The position numbers were made by a program, and so were the translations under genes. The notes beneath the pieces were generated by a model that did not search any database, was not told where the DNA came from, and saw only the letters and a program-made list of their open reading frames with translations. Of a stretch of DNA of 64,000 nucleotides, positions 27,709-37,907 are shown one piece after another. The stretch lies in IMG/VR virus record IMGVR_UViG_3300033149_004104, positions 1 to 64,000 of that record; one strand, written 5' to 3'. Numbering within the stretch: position 1 is the first letter of the stretch; each line of letters opens with the position of its first letter. The DNA is from an uncultured virus (IMG/VR IMGVR_UViG_3300033149_004104). Lineage: Duplodnaviria > Heunggongvirae > Uroviricota > Caudoviricetes.

Positions 27709-29001
27709 GTGATTAAAATATTTAAAAACCTGAACCTTCTTGAAAAGAAAGATCACATTATAAGAAAAATGCCCAATTTGACTAGTGAGCAGAAGGAAGA
27801 ACTAATAAACTTTTTCAATAGACACCCAAATTATGAAAATAGGGTCGATTGGAATAAGTGGAGAACTTTAACATACGAAGATTTTAAAGACATTCTTGAA
27901 ATTGAATCCAAAACTCAAAGGAAGAAATCCGTTAAGACAAGAGGAATAAAAGGACTAAAAGAGGGTAAGGATTATATTCAATTGAAGAATTTGCCCGACG
28001 ATATACAAGGATATATTCCTTTGAATTACGAGGCATCAAAATTTATTGCTTCTAGATATGTAGGAGGCATTGAAGGAAAATGGTGTACTGCATATCAAAA
28101 AACCGATAAATATTGGGAAGAATATAAAAGCTACGGGGTAATTTTTATATATTTAATCAAAGACAATGAAAAATATGCAATAGCTGTTTATCTCGACAAT
28201 AAAACTTATGAAATTTATAATAAAGATGACGATAAAATTTCTTTTATAGAAGGCATTAATATTAAATCAGATATATTAAATGATCGAAATGTTTCTCTTT
28301 TTGAAAAAGTAAGAAAAGAAATCGGTTTTGAACATTGGATTACCAAAGCTGAAATATCAAAGGATGCTAAGTTTGAATATGGCGAATTTAGGCAAATAGT
28401 TTGGTTAGATGGGGCGTGGTATAAAGGGACTTGGTATAACGGAATTTGGAAAAATGGAATTTGGAAAAATGGAACTTGGGAAGATGGTTCTTGGAAGAGT
28501 GGAACTTGGAAGAGTGGAACTTGGAAGTTTGGAACTTGGGAAGATGGAATATGGGAAAATGGAAATTGGATAATGGGATTATGGGAAGATGGAATTTGGA
28601 AAGACGGAACTTGGAAAGATGGAACTTGGGAGGATGGAACATGGAAAAGTGGAATTTGGAACAAAGGGGGATGGACAAAAGGGATATGGGAAGACGGAAT
28701 ATGGAAAAATGGAATTTGGGGTGGAGGAACCTGGGAAAGTGGAATTTGGAAGGATGGATCTTGGATTAAGGGGACGTGGATTAATGGAACTTGGGAATTT
28801 GGAACTTGGTATAACGGAATTTGGAAAAACGGAACTTGGAAAGATGGAACTTGGATTGATGGGGAATGGAAAGACGGAATCTGGAAAGATGGAGTATGGA
28901 AAGGTGGAAAAATATGGGATCCTCAAATAGAAAAATATCAATATAGTGACAAAAACCCCTATGATTGTGAATGGAGCTTAAGTTATTACAAAGAACAATA
29001 G
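27709..29001 (+). CDS. GxWxx-repeat protein, family A
   Basis: N-domain KKDHIIRKMPNL...GKWCTAY; about 33 GxWxx units; C-tag KNPYDCEWSLSY. Confidence 0.85.
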   Translation: MIKIFKNLNLLEKKDHIIRKMPNLTSEQKEELINFFNRHPNYENRVDWNKWRTLTYEDFKDILEIESKTQRKKSVKTRGIKGLKEGKDYIQLKNLPDDIQGYIPLNYEASKFIASRYVGGIEGKWCTAYQKTDKYWEEYKSYGVIFIYLIKDNEKYAIAVYLDNKTYEIYNKDDDKISFIEGINIKSDILNDRNVSLFEKVRKEIGFEHWITKAEISKDAKFEYGEFRQIVWLDGAWYKGTWYNGIWKNGIWKNGTWEDGSWKSGTWKSGTWKFGTWEDGIWENGNWIMGLWEDGIWKDGTWKDGTWEDGTWKSGIWNKGGWTKGIWEDGIWKNGIWGGGTWESGIWKDGSWIKGTWINGTWEFGTWYNGIWKNGTWKDGTWIDGEWKDGIWKDGVWKGGKIWDPQIEKYQYSDKNPYDCEWSLSYYKEQ

Positions 29002-29033
29002 TATTTATATTATAAAGATGGTGGTTGAGGGGC

Positions 29034-30311
29034 ATGATCAAAATATTTAAAAATTTAAACTTACTTGAAAAAAAAGATCATATTATAAGAAAAATACCTA
29101 ATTTGACTAATGAGCAGAAGGAGGAGCTGATAAACTTTTTCGATAAACACCCAAATTACGAAAATAGAATTGATTGGAACAGGTGGAGGACTTTAACATA
29201 CGAAGATTTTAAGGGTATTCTTGAAATTGAATCAAAGACTCAGAAAAAAAAATCCGTTAAGATAAGTGGAATAAAAGGACTAAAAGAGGGTGAGGATTAT
29301 ATTCAACTGAAAGGGTTGCCCGATGATACGCAAGGATACATACCTCTAAATTACGAGGCTTCAAAATTTATTGCTTCTAGATATGTAGGGGGTATCGAGG
29401 GGAGATGGTGTACAGCATATCAAAAAACTAGGGAATATTGGGAAAAATATACAAGTGAGAATATAATCTTAATTTATTTGATTAATAATAATACAAAATA
29501 TGCAATAGCCGTTTATCCAAATAATAAAACTCATAAAATTTATGATAGTGATGACAACAAAATTTCTTATATTCCCGGTATTGATATTAACCGAGATATA
29601 TTAAATAAAAGAAACATTTCTATTTTTGAAAAAATAAGAAGAGAAGTTGAAGACTATAAGCATTGGATTCATAAAGCTGAAATATCAAGAGACGCTAGAT
29701 TCGAAATTGATAAAACAAATCAAGTAATTTGGTACAAAGGGACTTGGGTAGATGGGGTATGGGAAAGGGGAACTTGGATTAATGGGATTTGGTTTGATGG
29801 TTATTGGGCAAAAGGAGCTTGGAAGAATGGAATTTGGAGAGGGGGAACTTGGGAAAAAGGAACTTGGGAAGACGGAACCTGGGAAAAAGGAATTTGGTAT
29901 GGCGGGACTTGGAAAGATGGAATTTGGGAACATGGAACTTGGAAAGATGGAACTTGGAAATATGGAACCTGGAAAAATGGAGTTTGGGAAAGTGGAACTT
30001 GGAAAGATGGAGTCTGGAAAAGCGGAACCTGGAAAAATGGAGCCTGGGAAAGCGGAACTTGGAAAGATGGAACCTGGAAGCTTGGAATCTGGGAACTTGG
30101 GACTTGGATTAATGGAACCTGGGAGTCTGGAACTTGGGAATATGGAACCTGGAAAGATGGAGTCTGGGAAGGTGGGGATTGGGACGATGGAAATTGGGAA
30201 AAGGGAGTATGGAAAGGTGGAAGGATATGGAATCCAGAAACAGGAAAATATCAATATAGCGATAAGAACCCAAACGAATGTGAATGGAGCTTAAGTTATT
30301 ACAAAAGATAA
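29034..30311 (+). CDS. GxWxx-repeat protein, family A
   Basis: Paralog of 27709; ATG after GAGGGG RBS. Confidence 0.85.
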   Translation: MIKIFKNLNLLEKKDHIIRKIPNLTNEQKEELINFFDKHPNYENRIDWNRWRTLTYEDFKGILEIESKTQKKKSVKISGIKGLKEGEDYIQLKGLPDDTQGYIPLNYEASKFIASRYVGGIEGRWCTAYQKTREYWEKYTSENIILIYLINNNTKYAIAVYPNNKTHKIYDSDDNKISYIPGIDINRDILNKRNISIFEKIRREVEDYKHWIHKAEISRDARFEIDKTNQVIWYKGTWVDGVWERGTWINGIWFDGYWAKGAWKNGIWRGGTWEKGTWEDGTWEKGIWYGGTWKDGIWEHGTWKDGTWKYGTWKNGVWESGTWKDGVWKSGTWKNGAWESGTWKDGTWKLGIWELGTWINGTWESGTWEYGTWKDGVWEGGDWDDGNWEKGVWKGGRIWNPETGKYQYSDKNPNECEWSLSYYKR

Positions 30312-30330
30312 TAATATGGGGGAGTAAAAC

Positions 30331-31473
30331 GTGATTAAAATATTTAAAAATCTGAACCTTCTTGAAAAAAAAGATCACATTATAAGAAAAATACCTAATT
30401 TGACTAGTGAACAGAAGGAGGAGCTAATAAATTTTTTCAATAAACACCCAAATTACGAGAACAGAATTGATTGGAATAAGTGGAAAACTTTAACATACGA
30501 AGATTTTAAAGACATTCTAGGGATTGAATCTAAGACTCAAAGGAAAAAATCCGTTAAGATAAGTGGAATAAAAGGATTAAAAGAGGGCGAGGATTATATT
30601 CAATTGAAGAATTTGCCTGACGATACGCAAGGATATATCCCTTTGAATTACGAGGCTTCAAAATTTATTGCTTCTAGATATGTAGGGGGTATCGAGGGGA
30701 AATGGTGTACAGCATACCAAAAAACTAGGGAATATTGGGAAGAATATAAAAGTGATAGGATAATTTTTATATATTTAATCAAAGACAATGAAAAATATGC
30801 AATAGCCGTTTATCCTGACAATAGAACTTATGAAGTTTATGATAAAAATGATAACAAAATTTCTTATATTCCCGGTATTGATATTAAACGAGATATATTA
30901 AATAAAAAAAATATTTCTATTTTTGAAAAAATAAAAAGAGAAGTTGAAGACTACAAGCATTGGATTTATAAAGTTAAAATATCAAAAGACGCTAGATTTG
31001 AAATTGATAAGACGAATCGGGTATTTTGGTATGAAGGGACTTGGATAGATGAGGTATGGGAAAGTGGAACCTGGAAAGATGGAACTTGGCTTGATGGTTA
31101 TTGGACAGATGGAACTTGGGAGAATGGAACCTGGGAAAATGGTACTTGGGAATATGGAATCTGGGAAAATGGGGTTTGGAAAGACGGAATTTGGAAAGAT
31201 GGAACTTGGTTGAAGGGGGTTTGGAAAGAGGGAATTTGGAAAAATGGAGTTTGGGAAAATGGAACTTGGGAAGATGGGACATGGGAGGATGGGTTTTGGG
31301 AAAATGGAATCTGGAAAGATGGAACTTGGAAAGATGGAACTTGGAAGGATGGAATCTGGAAAGACGGAGTGTGGAAAGGTGGAAAGATATGGAACCCTCA
31401 AACAAAAAAATATCAGTATAGTAACAAAAACCCCTATGATTGTGAATGGGGTTTAAGCTATTACAAGAAATAA
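30331..31473 (+). CDS. GxWxx-repeat protein, family A (mosaic)
   Basis: Paralog of 27709 and 29034. Confidence 0.85.
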   Translation: MIKIFKNLNLLEKKDHIIRKIPNLTSEQKEELINFFNKHPNYENRIDWNKWKTLTYEDFKDILGIESKTQRKKSVKISGIKGLKEGEDYIQLKNLPDDTQGYIPLNYEASKFIASRYVGGIEGKWCTAYQKTREYWEEYKSDRIIFIYLIKDNEKYAIAVYPDNRTYEVYDKNDNKISYIPGIDIKRDILNKKNISIFEKIKREVEDYKHWIYKVKISKDARFEIDKTNRVFWYEGTWIDEVWESGTWKDGTWLDGYWTDGTWENGTWENGTWEYGIWENGVWKDGIWKDGTWLKGVWKEGIWKNGVWENGTWEDGTWEDGFWENGIWKDGTWKDGTWKDGIWKDGVWKGGKIWNPQTKKYQYSNKNPYDCEWGLSYYKK

Positions 31474-31509
31474 TAATACTTATATTATAAAAATGGGGGG
31501 TTGAGGGGC

Positions 31510-32298
31510 ATGATCAAAATATTTAAAAATTTGAACCTTCTTGAAAAAAAAGATCACATTATAAGAAAAATGCCCAATTTAACTAGTGAACAGAAGGAAG
31601 AAATAATAAATTTTTTTAATAAGTGTCCAAATTACGAGAATGGAATTGATTGGAACGAGTGGGAAACTTTAATATATGAAGATTTTAAGAATATTCTTAA
31701 AATTGATCCCAGAATTCAAGGAAGGGAATTTGTTAAAATAAGCGGAATAAAAGAATTAAAGAGGGGTGATGATTATATTCAATTGAAGAAAGCCCCTAAT
31801 AATGTGCAAGAATACACCCCCTTAGATTATAAAGCGTCAAAATTTATTATTTCTGAAAAAGAAATCGGTTTTGAGCATTGGATTACCAAAGCTGAAATAT
31901 TAAAGGAGGCTAAATTTAAATTTGATGGGCCTACACAAATAATTTGGTTAAGTGGAACTTGGAAAAACGGAACTTGGAAAAACGGAACTTGGAAGGATGG
32001 GATTTGGGAAAACGGAACCTGGCAAACTGGAACTTGGGAAAATGGAACTTGGAAAAACGGAACTTGGGAAGACGGAATTTGGAAAAATGGAACTTGGAAA
32101 TTTGGAACTTGGAAAGGTGGGGTTTGGAATGATGGGATTTGGGTAATGGGAATTTGGAAAGATGGAAATTGGAAAGATGGAGCATGGAAAGGCGGGGAGA
32201 TATGGAATCTAGAAACAAGAAAATATGAATATAGCGATAAAAACCCATACGAATGTGAATGGAGTTTAAGTTATAGAAAGTTTCCATATCAATATTAA
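31510..32298 (+). CDS. GxWxx-repeat protein, family A, with internal deletion of about 86 aa
   Basis: YKASKFIISEKEIGFEHW joins segments about 86 aa apart in 27709; about 16 repeats. Confidence 0.75.
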   Translation: MIKIFKNLNLLEKKDHIIRKMPNLTSEQKEEIINFFNKCPNYENGIDWNEWETLIYEDFKNILKIDPRIQGREFVKISGIKELKRGDDYIQLKKAPNNVQEYTPLDYKASKFIISEKEIGFEHWITKAEILKEAKFKFDGPTQIIWLSGTWKNGTWKNGTWKDGIWENGTWQTGTWENGTWKNGTWEDGIWKNGTWKFGTWKGGVWNDGIWVMGIWKDGNWKDGAWKGGEIWNLETRKYEYSDKNPYECEWSLSYRKFPYQY

Positions 32299-32311
32299 AA
32301 AGAGGTGTGTT

Positions 32312-32545
32312 GTGGAAATAATAAATGAAGAAGAATTTAGAATAGATTATAGCAATTTTTATATAGCATATAATAAAACTCAAGATTTATGGTATGCACG
32401 ACATGAGAATGAAGATTTATATGAAGAAGATGTTATTATTGATATAGAAAATTTAAAAGATGAACCGGTGGAGCTATTTGATGGCTTTATACTTGATATA
32501 CAAGAATTTAAAGAAATAGAGGGGCTAAAAAATACGATCATTTAG
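32312..32545 (+). CDS. Small acidic hypothetical protein within the paralog array
   Basis: 77-aa ORF, GAGGTG RBS. Confidence 0.55.
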   Translation: MEIINEEEFRIDYSNFYIAYNKTQDLWYARHENEDLYEEDVIIDIENLKDEPVELFDGFILDIQEFKEIEGLKNTII

Positions 32546-32678
32546 TACTAAGATATGAAAAGATAGATTAAGATGATGCTTGGTTAGAAAAATGATTACA
32601 ATTTTTGAATTTTAAGAAAAAACTTATAGAGTTTAAGTTATAATAAAAAATAGATTAGAGAGATATGCGGTATAAAAG

Positions 32679-33911
32679 ATGGTTAGAATATTCAAAAATT
32701 TAAATTTACTCGAAAAGAAAGATCATATTATAAGAAAAATGCCCAATTTGACTAGTGAACAAAAAGAAGAGCTGATAAATTTCTTTAGTAGGCATCCTAA
32801 CTATGAAAATAGAATTGATTGGAATAAGTGGAAAACTTTAACATACGAAGATTTTAAAGACATTCTAGGAATTGAATCAAAGACTCAAAGAAAGAAATCT
32901 GTTAAGATAAGTGGAATAAAAGGATTAAAAGAGGGCAAGGATTATATTCAACTGAAAGGGTTGCCTGACGATATGCAAGGATACATTCCTTTAAACTATG
33001 AGGCATCAAAATTTATTGCCTCTAAATATGTAGGAGGCATCAAAGGAAAATGGTGCACAGCATATCGAAAAAGTAAGGAATATTGGGAAAAATATACAAG
33101 TAAGAGTATAATCTTAATTTATTTGATTGGTAATAATACAAAATATGCAATATCCGTTTATCTAGATAATAGAACTTATGAAATTTATGATAGTAAGGAT
33201 AACAAAATTTCTTATATTCCCGGTATTGATATTAAACGAGATATATTAAATAAAAGAAATATTTTTATTTTTGAAAAAATAAGAAGAGAAGTTGAAGACT
33301 ACAAGCATTGGATTTATAAAGTTAAAATATTAAAAGGCGCTAGATTTGAAATTGATAAGACAAATCAAGTAATTTGGTATAAAGGAATTTGGATAGATGG
33401 AGTATGGGAAAGGGGAACTTGGGTTAATGGAGTTTGGCTTGATGGTTATTGGACAGATGGAACTTGGGAAGACGGAACTTGGAAAGAGGGGACTTGGGAA
33501 AAGGGAACCTGGAAAGACGGAACCTGGGAAAAAGGAATTTGGTATGGCGGGATTTGGAAAGATGGGATCTGGGAATTTGGAACTTGGAAAGATGGAACTT
33601 GGAAAGGGGGGACTTGGGAAAAGGGTACTTGGGAAGACGGAACTTGGGAAGATGGCTTCTGGGAAAACGGAACTTGGGAAGATGGGACTTGGCTGGAGGG
33701 GGTTTGGAAAGATGGAACTTGGGAAGACGGAACTTGGGAAGATGGAACTTGGAAATATGGAGTCTGGGAAGGTGGAGTTTGGAAAGATGGAATTTGGGAA
33801 AGTGGAGTGTGGGAAGGTGGAAAGATATGGAACCTGAAAACAAAAAAATATAAATATAGCGATAAGAACCCATACGAATGTGAATGGAGTTTGAGTTATT
33901 ACAAAAGATAA
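32679..33911 (+). CDS. GxWxx-repeat protein, family A
   Basis: Paralog; C-tag KNPYECEWSLSYYKR. Confidence 0.85.
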   Translation: MVRIFKNLNLLEKKDHIIRKMPNLTSEQKEELINFFSRHPNYENRIDWNKWKTLTYEDFKDILGIESKTQRKKSVKISGIKGLKEGKDYIQLKGLPDDMQGYIPLNYEASKFIASKYVGGIKGKWCTAYRKSKEYWEKYTSKSIILIYLIGNNTKYAISVYLDNRTYEIYDSKDNKISYIPGIDIKRDILNKRNIFIFEKIRREVEDYKHWIYKVKILKGARFEIDKTNQVIWYKGIWIDGVWERGTWVNGVWLDGYWTDGTWEDGTWKEGTWEKGTWKDGTWEKGIWYGGIWKDGIWEFGTWKDGTWKGGTWEKGTWEDGTWEDGFWENGTWEDGTWLEGVWKDGTWEDGTWEDGTWKYGVWEGGVWKDGIWESGVWEGGKIWNLKTKKYKYSDKNPYECEWSLSYYKR

Positions 33912-33944
33912 TAATATTTATGGCGTAAAAAGGGAGAATAAAAG

Positions 33945-35132
33945 ATGATTAGAATATTTAAAAATTTAAACTTACTTGAAAAAAAAGATCATATTATAAG
34001 AAAGATGCCCAATTTGACTAGTGAGCAGAAGGAAGAGCTAATAAACTTTTTCAACAAACATCCAAATTATGAAAACAGGATTGATTGGAACAAATGGAAA
34101 ACTTTAACTTATGATGATTTTAAAAATGTTCTAGGGATTGAATCTAAAACTCAGAGAAAAAAATCTGTCAAAACAAAAGGAATACGGGGATTAAAGGAAG
34201 GCGAGGATTATGTTCAATTAAAAGAACTTCCAAATAATGTAGAGGCATATATTCCTTTAAATTATGAGGCTTCAAAATTTATTGCCTCCAAATATGTAGG
34301 GGGTATCGAGGGAAAATGGTGTACTGCATATCAAAAAACCGATGAGTATTGGAAGAAATATACAAATGAGAGTATAATCTTAATTTATTTAATTAGTAAT
34401 GATACAAAATATGCAATAGCCGTTTATCCAAATAATAAAACTCATAAAATTTATGATAGTGATGATAACAAAATTTCTTATATCCCTGATATTTATATTA
34501 ACCGAGATATATTAAATAAAAGAAACATTTCTATTTTTGAAAAAATAAGAAGAGAAGTTGAAGATTATAAGCATTGGGTTCATAAAGCTGAAATATCGAA
34601 AGACGCCAAATTCGAAATTGATAAGACAAATCAAGTAATTTGGTACAAAGGGGTTTGGATAGATGGATTATGGGAAAGGGGAACCTGGAAAGATGGAACT
34701 TGGGAATATGGAATCTGGAAAGATGGTATCTGGGAAAAAGGAATCTGGAAAGATGGTATTTGGGAAGACGGAACTTGGAAATTTGGAACTTGGGTATACG
34801 GAATTTGGATAGATGGAACTTGGGAAAACGGAACTTGGAAGAAGGGAACCTGGGAAGATGGAGTCTGGGAAACCGGAACTTGGGCGAAAGGAACTTGGGA
34901 AGATGGAATCTGGAAAGATGGGGTTTGGAAAGATGGAACCTGGGAGTCTGGAACTTGGGAATATGGAACCTGGAAAGATGGCATCTGGGAAGGTGGGGAT
35001 TGGGACGATGGAAATTGGGAAAAGGGAGTATGGAAAGGTGGAAGGATATGGAGTTCAAAAACAGAAAGATATGAATATAGTGTAAAAAATCCTTATGACT
35101 GTAAATGGAGTTTAAGCTATAAAAAACGTTAG
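33945..35132 (+). CDS. GxWxx-repeat protein, family A
   Basis: Paralog; C-tag KNPYDCKWSLSY. Confidence 0.85.
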   Translation: MIRIFKNLNLLEKKDHIIRKMPNLTSEQKEELINFFNKHPNYENRIDWNKWKTLTYDDFKNVLGIESKTQRKKSVKTKGIRGLKEGEDYVQLKELPNNVEAYIPLNYEASKFIASKYVGGIEGKWCTAYQKTDEYWKKYTNESIILIYLISNDTKYAIAVYPNNKTHKIYDSDDNKISYIPDIYINRDILNKRNISIFEKIRREVEDYKHWVHKAEISKDAKFEIDKTNQVIWYKGVWIDGLWERGTWKDGTWEYGIWKDGIWEKGIWKDGIWEDGTWKFGTWVYGIWIDGTWENGTWKKGTWEDGVWETGTWAKGTWEDGIWKDGVWKDGTWESGTWEYGTWKDGIWEGGDWDDGNWEKGVWKGGRIWSSKTERYEYSVKNPYDCKWSLSYKKR

Positions 35133-35183
35133 ATTGTAAATAATTAAAGTTTTATTTGCTTAATTACTAATATAATAGAACGA

Positions 35184-35636
35184 ATGGGAAATAGTATGGA
35201 AAATAAAAAGATAATAGAAGAATTCAACAGGCTTCTTAAAGTAAGACTCTATAAGCAAGGAGAAAATCAGTGGCGCCTTGTACCGGTGCAAAAACGTGAT
35301 GGTACACAAATTAGAAGAGGAGAAATTATATTCAGAGGAGATGAAGAAAAGCTTAAATTACTTCTCCGTAGATTAAAAGCTAAAGATAATGAAACCGATC
35401 CGCCGTCGGTAAAGAATAGAACATATCAACAAATGATAGACGGAGCAAAGGATAAAAGCGATCCGTGGATTTGGATCGAACTAAAAGATTGGAATAAATA
35501 TAGAAATAATAATAAGATAACTACTATGGAAAATTATAAAACTTTAAATCTTGAAATTAATAAACCGGTAAAAATAGAACAGAAAGACGGGGCTCTTATT
35601 TTAGAGAGAGGGGATAAAATACGTATATTACAATAA
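35184..35636 (+). CDS. Hypothetical late protein with C-terminal LERGDKI module
   Basis: TACTAATAT at 35165; ends LEINKPVKIEQKDGALILERGDKIRILQ. Confidence 0.65.
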   Translation: MGNSMENKKIIEEFNRLLKVRLYKQGENQWRLVPVQKRDGTQIRRGEIIFRGDEEKLKLLLRRLKAKDNETDPPSVKNRTYQQMIDGAKDKSDPWIWIELKDWNKYRNNNKITTMENYKTLNLEINKPVKIEQKDGALILERGDKIRILQ

Positions 35637-35666
35637 AACAGAATACATAGGTGGATAATATTAATA

Positions 35667-36029
35667 ATGAAAGCTATATTTAAAGTTTATGAACAAGAGA
35701 CATTGGAGAATTATTTTAAAAAAGAACTAACATGGACTCTTTCAGAAAAGTTAGAATATAATATTGCTATACAGAATCAAACAAAAATCATAAATTTTAG
35801 CGATATTGATAATATAAAACTTATACTTTTTTCAAGTACAAATAATGAAATATTTAAAGTAAGAATTAGCACTTCTACAGATACTATAACATTTACAGTA
35901 GATGATATATTCTTATTTACCCCGACCGACTTAATGATAAATAGTATAACAGAAATAGCATTGGTTGAGGAATTGGGCAATGAAGTAGAGGTAAAAACGA
36001 TATTTTATGGAGAATTACAAGAAAGCTAA
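35667..36029 (+). CDS. Hypothetical protein
   Basis: 120-aa ORF with AGGTGG RBS. Confidence 0.6.
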   Translation: MKAIFKVYEQETLENYFKKELTWTLSEKLEYNIAIQNQTKIINFSDIDNIKLILFSSTNNEIFKVRISTSTDTITFTVDDIFLFTPTDLMINSITEIALVEELGNEVEVKTIFYGELQES

Positions 36030-36050
36030 ATTATAAAAAAGGATTATAAT

Positions 36051-36299
36051 ATGACAGATATTGAAATTTTTTTACAAAGAAACATGGACAGGATGGATAG
36101 GGACACGTTGATAGGGGTGATGGCCGATAAATTTAATTTGAGCTTGGAACAAGCAGAAGAAATAATTATGGAAAGGGAAAAAATAAGAAAAAAAGAATCC
36201 CTTATAACAGTAACAAGATCTTTTTTAATAGAGACGAATAATATAGTTTTTGCTTTAGAAAAAGGGGATAAAATTAATATATTACATAGAGTTGAGTAA
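36051..36299 (+). CDS. Hypothetical protein with C-terminal LEKGDKI module
   Basis: Ends ITVTRSFLIETNNIVFALEKGDKINILH. Confidence 0.6.
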   Translation: MTDIEIFLQRNMDRMDRDTLIGVMADKFNLSLEQAEEIIMEREKIRKKESLITVTRSFLIETNNIVFALEKGDKINILHRVE

Positions 36300-37276
36300 T
36301 GCCATTACCAGAACCAAGAAAAGATGAAAGTAAACAAGATTTTATTAGTAGATGTGCAGGAGACAGCACAATGAATAGTGAGTTTCCTGATCAAAAACAA
36401 AGACTTGCGGTTTGTTATAGTCAATGGAAAAAACAAAAAAAAGAAGAAATTATAAAACAAATAGAAAAGAAAAAAGAGAATGTAATTGAAATAACTAGAC
36501 CGGTGAAAATAGAACAAAAAAATAAGATTATTTTCTTAGAAAAAGGGGATAAGATTACACTATTAGAAGTGTCTCCTTTAAGAGAGTTTAATAATTTTTT
36601 TATAGAAGCAAGTATTTCAAGTGATGCAATAATCGAATGGGATCAAAGGAATGATACCCCAACCTGGAAGAGGGGAATTTGGGGAAGTGGAACATGGAAA
36701 GAAGGAGATTGGGAAAATGGAACTTGGAAAGATGGAACTTGGAAAGATGGAACTTGGGAACTTGGAATTTGGGAGAGGGGGACTTGGGAAGATGGTATTT
36801 GGGAAAGCGGTATTTGGAAAAGTGGGACTTGGAAAGATGGTACTTGGAAAGGTGGAACTTGGATAAAAGGAACCTGGGAATTCGGAACTTGGATAGAAGG
36901 AACCTGGAGAAAGGGTACTTGGAAAAATGGAGTTTGGAAGTATGGAACTTGGTATGGTGGGATTTGGGAAGATGGAATTTGGATGTATGGAGTTTGGAAT
37001 GATGGAATCTGGAAAAATGGGACTTGGAAAGATGGAACCTGGGAAAATGGAACTTGGTTATACGGAACATGGGAAAGCGGAACTTGGAAAGATGGAACTT
37101 GGGAAAATGGAACTTGGAAAGATGGAACTTGGATCGACGGGGTATGGATAGACGGAATTTGGGAAGGTGGAGTATGGAAAGGTGGGAAAATATGGAATCC
37201 TAAAATAAGAAATTATGAATATAGCAACAAAAATCCATACGAATGTGAATGGAGTTTAAGTTATATGAAGAGGTGA
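36299..37276 (+). CDS. GxWxx-repeat protein with a distinct N-terminus (PLPEP..DFISRC domain plus LEKGDKI module)
   Basis: N-terminal MPLPEPRKDESKQDFISRC..QRLAVCYSQW; repeats; C-tag KNPYECEWSLSY. Confidence 0.85.
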   Translation: MPLPEPRKDESKQDFISRCAGDSTMNSEFPDQKQRLAVCYSQWKKQKKEEIIKQIEKKKENVIEITRPVKIEQKNKIIFLEKGDKITLLEVSPLREFNNFFIEASISSDAIIEWDQRNDTPTWKRGIWGSGTWKEGDWENGTWKDGTWKDGTWELGIWERGTWEDGIWESGIWKSGTWKDGTWKGGTWIKGTWEFGTWIEGTWRKGTWKNGVWKYGTWYGGIWEDGIWMYGVWNDGIWKNGTWKDGTWENGTWLYGTWESGTWKDGTWENGTWKDGTWIDGVWIDGIWEGGVWKGGKIWNPKIRNYEYSNKNPYECEWSLSYMKR

Positions 37277-37284
37277 TTGTTATT

Positions 37285-37872
37285 ATGAATAAGAAAATAA
37301 AAAAAATTTCTCCATACGTACAAGAACTCGTAAAATTGACTGGCAAAAAGGTAAGTGAAATAGAAAAACTTTGGGATAAAGCAAAAAAAATTGCAAAAGA
37401 TATGTACGGAATCGAAGAAAAAGATTTTAAAGAAACGCATTATAGATTTATGGTTGATACAGTAAAAAACATGCTGGGATTTAATGAAAATAAGTCTCTT
37501 GTTGTTGAATTTATAAATTCAGAAAAATCAGCTAAAGAATTTATTCAAGAAGCTATTACTACAACAAGTGATTTTCCCCAACTTTGGAAAAGCCATATTA
37601 AATCGGAAGAAGATGAAGATGATGAAATAAATGTTGGTGAAGAAATAGATAAAATTGTTAAACAAACAGAAATCGAAGATAATTATAATGACGGGTCAAA
37701 TAAAAAAATAGTGTATGATATAGAACAATTAAAGAAATTTCCTATTGAGGAAGTATATAAAATAGAGGAAGGTATCACGATGGAAATTAAGCTGCCCAAT
37801 GGAAAGCGAAAATATATTAAAGCGGAGTCGATAGAAAAAGCAAAAGAAGAAGGATGGTGTATAGGGGATTAG
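37285..37872 (+). CDS. Hypothetical (possible prohead core) protein
   Basis: EIEKLWDKAK helical motif, acidic middle; ATG after GAGGTG. Confidence 0.55.
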   Translation: MNKKIKKISPYVQELVKLTGKKVSEIEKLWDKAKKIAKDMYGIEEKDFKETHYRFMVDTVKNMLGFNENKSLVVEFINSEKSAKEFIQEAITTTSDFPQLWKSHIKSEEDEDDEINVGEEIDKIVKQTEIEDNYNDGSNKKIVYDIEQLKKFPIEEVYKIEEGITMEIKLPNGKRKYIKAESIEKAKEEGWCIGD

Positions 37873-37907
37873 TTTAAAAAAATGTAAAAAAAGTATATAT
37901 TAATAAT

